From NCBI GenBank assembly GCA_038824665.1, contig JAWBBK010000001.1, forward strand, positions 192,001-256,000: a stretch of 64,000 bases of DNA, written 5' to 3'. The position numbers were made by a program, and so were the translations under genes. Of the stretch, positions 60,797 through 64,000 are shown one piece after another (position 1 is the stretch's first letter; every line of letters begins with the position of its first letter). The stretch is from Acidilobaceae archaeon (GTDB lineage: Archaea > Thermoproteota > Thermoprotei_A > Sulfolobales > Acidilobaceae). Under the pieces are notes generated by a model. That model worked only from the letters and a program-made list of their open reading frames with translations, ran no database searches and had not been told where the DNA came from.

Positions 60797-62029
60797 ATGC
60801 AGGTTTATTTAGTAGCTCTCCCTATAGGTTTCGTGGCTCTAAAAGAGAATGGAGAGATAGCCGATTACGAATTCTATCCTAAAGTTGTCGACGAGACGGT
60901 TGAGGAGATGTTAAAACTAGAAGCAGGAGGGGTGAACGTTGCTCTATCAAGTCTTTTAGAGAGGCTTAAAGGAAGGGCTACTCAAATAGTGCTCGAAGAC
61001 GATACCTTAGCCAGAAACGTGGCTAGCGCAGGCTTCGATACGGCTACAGCTATAGATGCTGAAGTTCAGAGAGTTGCTAGAAGCCGACTTGCAGAACTCG
61101 CTGTGAAGCTCGGTTTCGTCTCTAGTGAAGAGGAGCTAAAGAAGTGGCTTCATGATGTCTCTGTAGAGTACAGCAGAAGGAAGCTGAGAAAAGCTACAGC
61201 TAAGAGAGACCTTCTAGCGGTTCAATCTATAAGGGCTATAGACGACATAGACAAGATAGTTAATCTTCTAGCTACTAGAGCCAGAGAGTGGTACTCAGTT
61301 CACTTTCCTGAACTCTCTGAACACGTTGGAGAACACGAAGACTTCTTGAAATTAGTTTACGAACTTGGACACAGAGAGAACTTCACTGTTGAGAATCTTT
61401 CTAAGCTAGGAGTGAGTGAAGCCAAGGCCAGGAAGTTAGCGGAGGCAGCTTCAACAAGCTTAGGAGCAGACCTCAGCGAACGCGATATAGAAGCTATAAG
61501 AGTTCTTGCTGGGATCGTGTTAGACCTCTATGAGCATAGGAGAACTCTAACGAGATATGTAGAGGAAGTGATGGAAGAAGTAGCGCCGAACGTAACAGCT
61601 CTAGTAGGTCCGCTTCTCGGAGCTAGACTTCTGAGCTTAGCGGGAGGTCTTGAGAAGCTAGCTAGACTTCCGGCTAGCACTATACAGGTACTTGGAGCTG
61701 AGAAGGCTCTCTTTAGAGCTCTGAGGACAGGAGGAAAGCCGCCTAAGCACGGAGTGATATTCCAGTATCCAGACATTCATAAAAGCCCTAAGTGGCAAAG
61801 AGGCAAGATAGCGAGAGCTCTCGCAGCTAAGTTAGCGATAGCGGCCAGAATAGACGCATTGACAGGCAGATACCTCGGCGATAAGCTCGTTAAAGAGTTC
61901 AGAGACAGAGTCGAGGAGATCAAAAAGCTCTATCCCAAGCCTCCGGTAAAGAAAGAAGAGGTCAGATCAAGAGCTCCTCCAAGACGTGAGAAAAGACAAT
62001 CCAAACGCGGGGAAACGAGTAAAAGGTGA
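60797..62029 (+). CDS. nop5: Box C/D RNP protein Nop5
   Basis: REWYSVHFPEL, PASTIQVLGAEKALFRAL, PPKHG. Confidence 0.96.
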   Translation: MQVYLVALPIGFVALKENGEIADYEFYPKVVDETVEEMLKLEAGGVNVALSSLLERLKGRATQIVLEDDTLARNVASAGFDTATAIDAEVQRVARSRLAELAVKLGFVSSEEELKKWLHDVSVEYSRRKLRKATAKRDLLAVQSIRAIDDIDKIVNLLATRAREWYSVHFPELSEHVGEHEDFLKLVYELGHRENFTVENLSKLGVSEAKARKLAEAASTSLGADLSERDIEAIRVLAGIVLDLYEHRRTLTRYVEEVMEEVAPNVTALVGPLLGARLLSLAGGLEKLARLPASTIQVLGAEKALFRALRTGGKPPKHGVIFQYPDIHKSPKWQRGKIARALAAKLAIAARIDALTGRYLGDKLVKEFRDRVEEIKKLYPKPPVKKEEVRSRAPPRREKRQSKRGETSKR

Positions 62030-62736
62030 GCAAAGTGTCTGAGGTAGTCAAAGTATATCCCCACGAGAAGTGGGCTGGAGTGTATGTGGTTGAACTCAAC
62101 GACGGTAGCTTAAGGATAGCTACGAAGAACTTAGTGCCTGGACAAAAGGTCTATGGAGAGAGGCTGTTCAGATACGGAGATGCTGAATATAGAGAGTGGA
62201 ACCCCTATAGAAGTAAGTTGGCTGGAGCTTTGCTCAAAGGACTTGAAGAACTCCCGGTTAAAGAGAACGATAAATTACTATACCTAGGTATAGCCAGTGG
62301 AACCACAGCAAGCCATATCAGTGACATAATAGGACCTAAGGGAGTCATCTACGGCGTCGAGTTCGCTCCTAGAGTTCTGAGAGACCTCTTAGCCATAGTT
62401 AGAGACAGGAAGAACATAAACCCGATCTTAGCTGACGCTAGATTTCCAGAGAAGTACAGATTTCTCGTTGAGAGCATTAACGGAATTTATGCAGATATAG
62501 CTCAGCCAGATCAGGCAGCTATAGTCGTTAGAAACGCTAAGCTCTTTCTTGAGAAAGGCGGCTATCTGCTTCTCGCAATCAAAGCTAGAAGCATAGACGT
62601 AACCTTAGAGCCAAGCGATATATATAAGAGAGAGATAGAGACTCTCGTGAACGGAGGCTTCGAGATAATTGATGTAGTTCATCTAGACCCCTTCGATAGA
62701 GACCACGCTATGGTATACGCTAGGTACAGAAGATGA
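62026..62736 (+). CDS. flpA: Fibrillarin rRNA/tRNA 2'-O-methyltransferase
   Basis: WNPYRSKLA, YLGIASGTT, DIAQPDQ, KARSID. Confidence 0.96.
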   Translation: MSKVSEVVKVYPHEKWAGVYVVELNDGSLRIATKNLVPGQKVYGERLFRYGDAEYREWNPYRSKLAGALLKGLEELPVKENDKLLYLGIASGTTASHISDIIGPKGVIYGVEFAPRVLRDLLAIVRDRKNINPILADARFPEKYRFLVESINGIYADIAQPDQAAIVVRNAKLFLEKGGYLLLAIKARSIDVTLEPSDIYKREIETLVNGGFEIIDVVHLDPFDRDHAMVYARYRR

Positions 62737-62835
62737 CGACTTCAGAAGCTCTTTAAGTAGTCTAGGAGGTAGTTATACAACCTGTTTTTTAAGACTTTTA
62801 AAGAAACTTAGCGTTATCGAGAGGCGCGCTAGATC

Positions 62836-63654
62836 TTGAGCAAGACTGAGGCTACTATATGGGAACATTTAGAAGAGCTTGTGGTCAGACTTAGGAGAGC
62901 TCTTTTAGCTCTCTTCATTGCTTCCATTGTGGTTCCTTTGCTTCCTAACCCTCTTGCTCTATTGTCAAGAGAAGGCTATGCTCCGCTTATGCTGACAGTT
63001 CATCACTTCATAAGAGGTTACATCGTTCCTGACTATATAACTGTAGGAGGTAAGACAATAGAGGTCAACTTGGTTTCTAGCGATCCGTTCATGGGGCTCA
63101 AGGTTACTTTATACACGATGTTGCTCATAGGTGTGATCGTTGCCGGTCCCTACATGGCCTATGAGATATATGCTTTCATCAGACCTGCTCTTTATTCTCA
63201 CGAGGAAAGAGCTCTAAAGCTTGGAGCTATAGCCTCCTCGTTGTTGTTTCTTTTAGGAGCGTCTATAGCTCTCTTCGCTTTGTTGCCTCTCACATATAGA
63301 GTAATGTTCACAATGACCTATCTTATAGCTGGAGAGCTAGCAGCCTATGCTGATTACTCGGAGGTCTTCAGAACGGTAGTGTTGATCACCTTGGCTTCAG
63401 GAATAGCCTTCCAGACGCCTTTGATAATCTTCTTACTAGTGTACTATGATGTGATCAGGGTCTCTCTTTTTGGCAAAACTATGAGGTACGTGCTGATAGC
63501 CTCAGCGTTGGTAGCGGCGGTTCTGAGTCCTGATCCTTCAGGAATAGGGATGCTTATTCTCTTAATTCCCTACTTCAGCTTAATAGCTATAGCTGTAGCT
63601 TTAGCTAACTGGCTGAAAGCAAGAAAGACGAGAAGGAAAGAGTTCTCTACTTAG
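62836..63654 (+). CDS. tatC: Twin-arginine translocase TatC
   Basis: [27 protein letters not shown]. Confidence 0.92.
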   Translation: MSKTEATIWEHLEELVVRLRRALLALFIASIVVPLLPNPLALLSREGYAPLMLTVHHFIRGYIVPDYITVGGKTIEVNLVSSDPFMGLKVTLYTMLLIGVIVAGPYMAYEIYAFIRPALYSHEERALKLGAIASSLLFLLGASIALFALLPLTYRVMFTMTYLIAGELAAYADYSEVFRTVVLITLASGIAFQTPLIIFLLVYYDVIRVSLFGKTMRYVLIASALVAAVLSPDPSGIGMLILLIPYFSLIAIAVALANWLKARKTRRKEFST

Positions 63655-64000
63655 CGTTTTGTAAATTGTGAACTACTATGCGAGTGGGTATTGGGAGCTT
63701 GCTAGCTCCTACTTTTAGCGCCTCTTTGACTTTCTCTTCAACGTTACCAACGTTACCTACTTGAGATGAGACCCATACTTCGATCAACACGTCTCCTGGA
63801 TAGACTCTAGCTGCTCTCCCTACAGGCTTTCCAAAAGCTCTTCTCATACCCTCTTGGAGTCTGTCAGCTCCTGCAAAAGCCATCATCTTGTGTTCTCTCA
63901 GAACGTGATGAGGATAAGTTCTGACTCTCATGAAGTAGTTGGCTTCACCTAACGATCTCGTCAGGTTCTTATTGACTATAACTCTAAGAGCTTCAAGAGC
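63647..64000 (-). CDS. rpl10e: 50S ribosomal protein L10e/L16 (5' end outside the window)
   Basis: [29 protein letters not shown]. Confidence 0.95.
   Translation of the reverse strand, partial: ALEALRVIVNKNLTRSLGEANYFMRVRTYPHHVLREHKMMAFAGADRLQEGMRRAFGKPVGRAARVYPGDVLIEVWVSSQVGNVGNVEEKVKEALKVGASKLPIPTRIVVHNLQNAK

Overview
This is a 64-kb stretch of chromosome from a crenarchaeon (Thermoprotei; Desulfurococcales/Acidilobales-like). The assignment rests on Cdc6/Orc1, CdvA plus ESCRT-III, S25e/S30e, GatDE, PpcA, Nop5/fibrillarin, intron-containing tRNAs and frequent TTG/GTG starts. Most of the window is housekeeping genes. The less ordinary parts are: a decaying TAT-exported Psr/Phs-type molybdoenzyme operon; a glycosyltransferase switched off by a 20-bp tandem duplication, next to a degraded TnpB-like remnant and a structured K-turn RNA; four unannotated box C/D sRNAs, one predicted to guide Cm34 of tRNA-Leu(CAA); a head-to-head cdvA/ESCRT-III pair with no Vps4; a Nal1-like trypsin protease behind a palindrome array; a shattered secreted-protein gene; and several apparent non-canonical start codons. 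No CRISPR array or rRNA was seen. All family calls come from motif recognition by eye, not from database searches.
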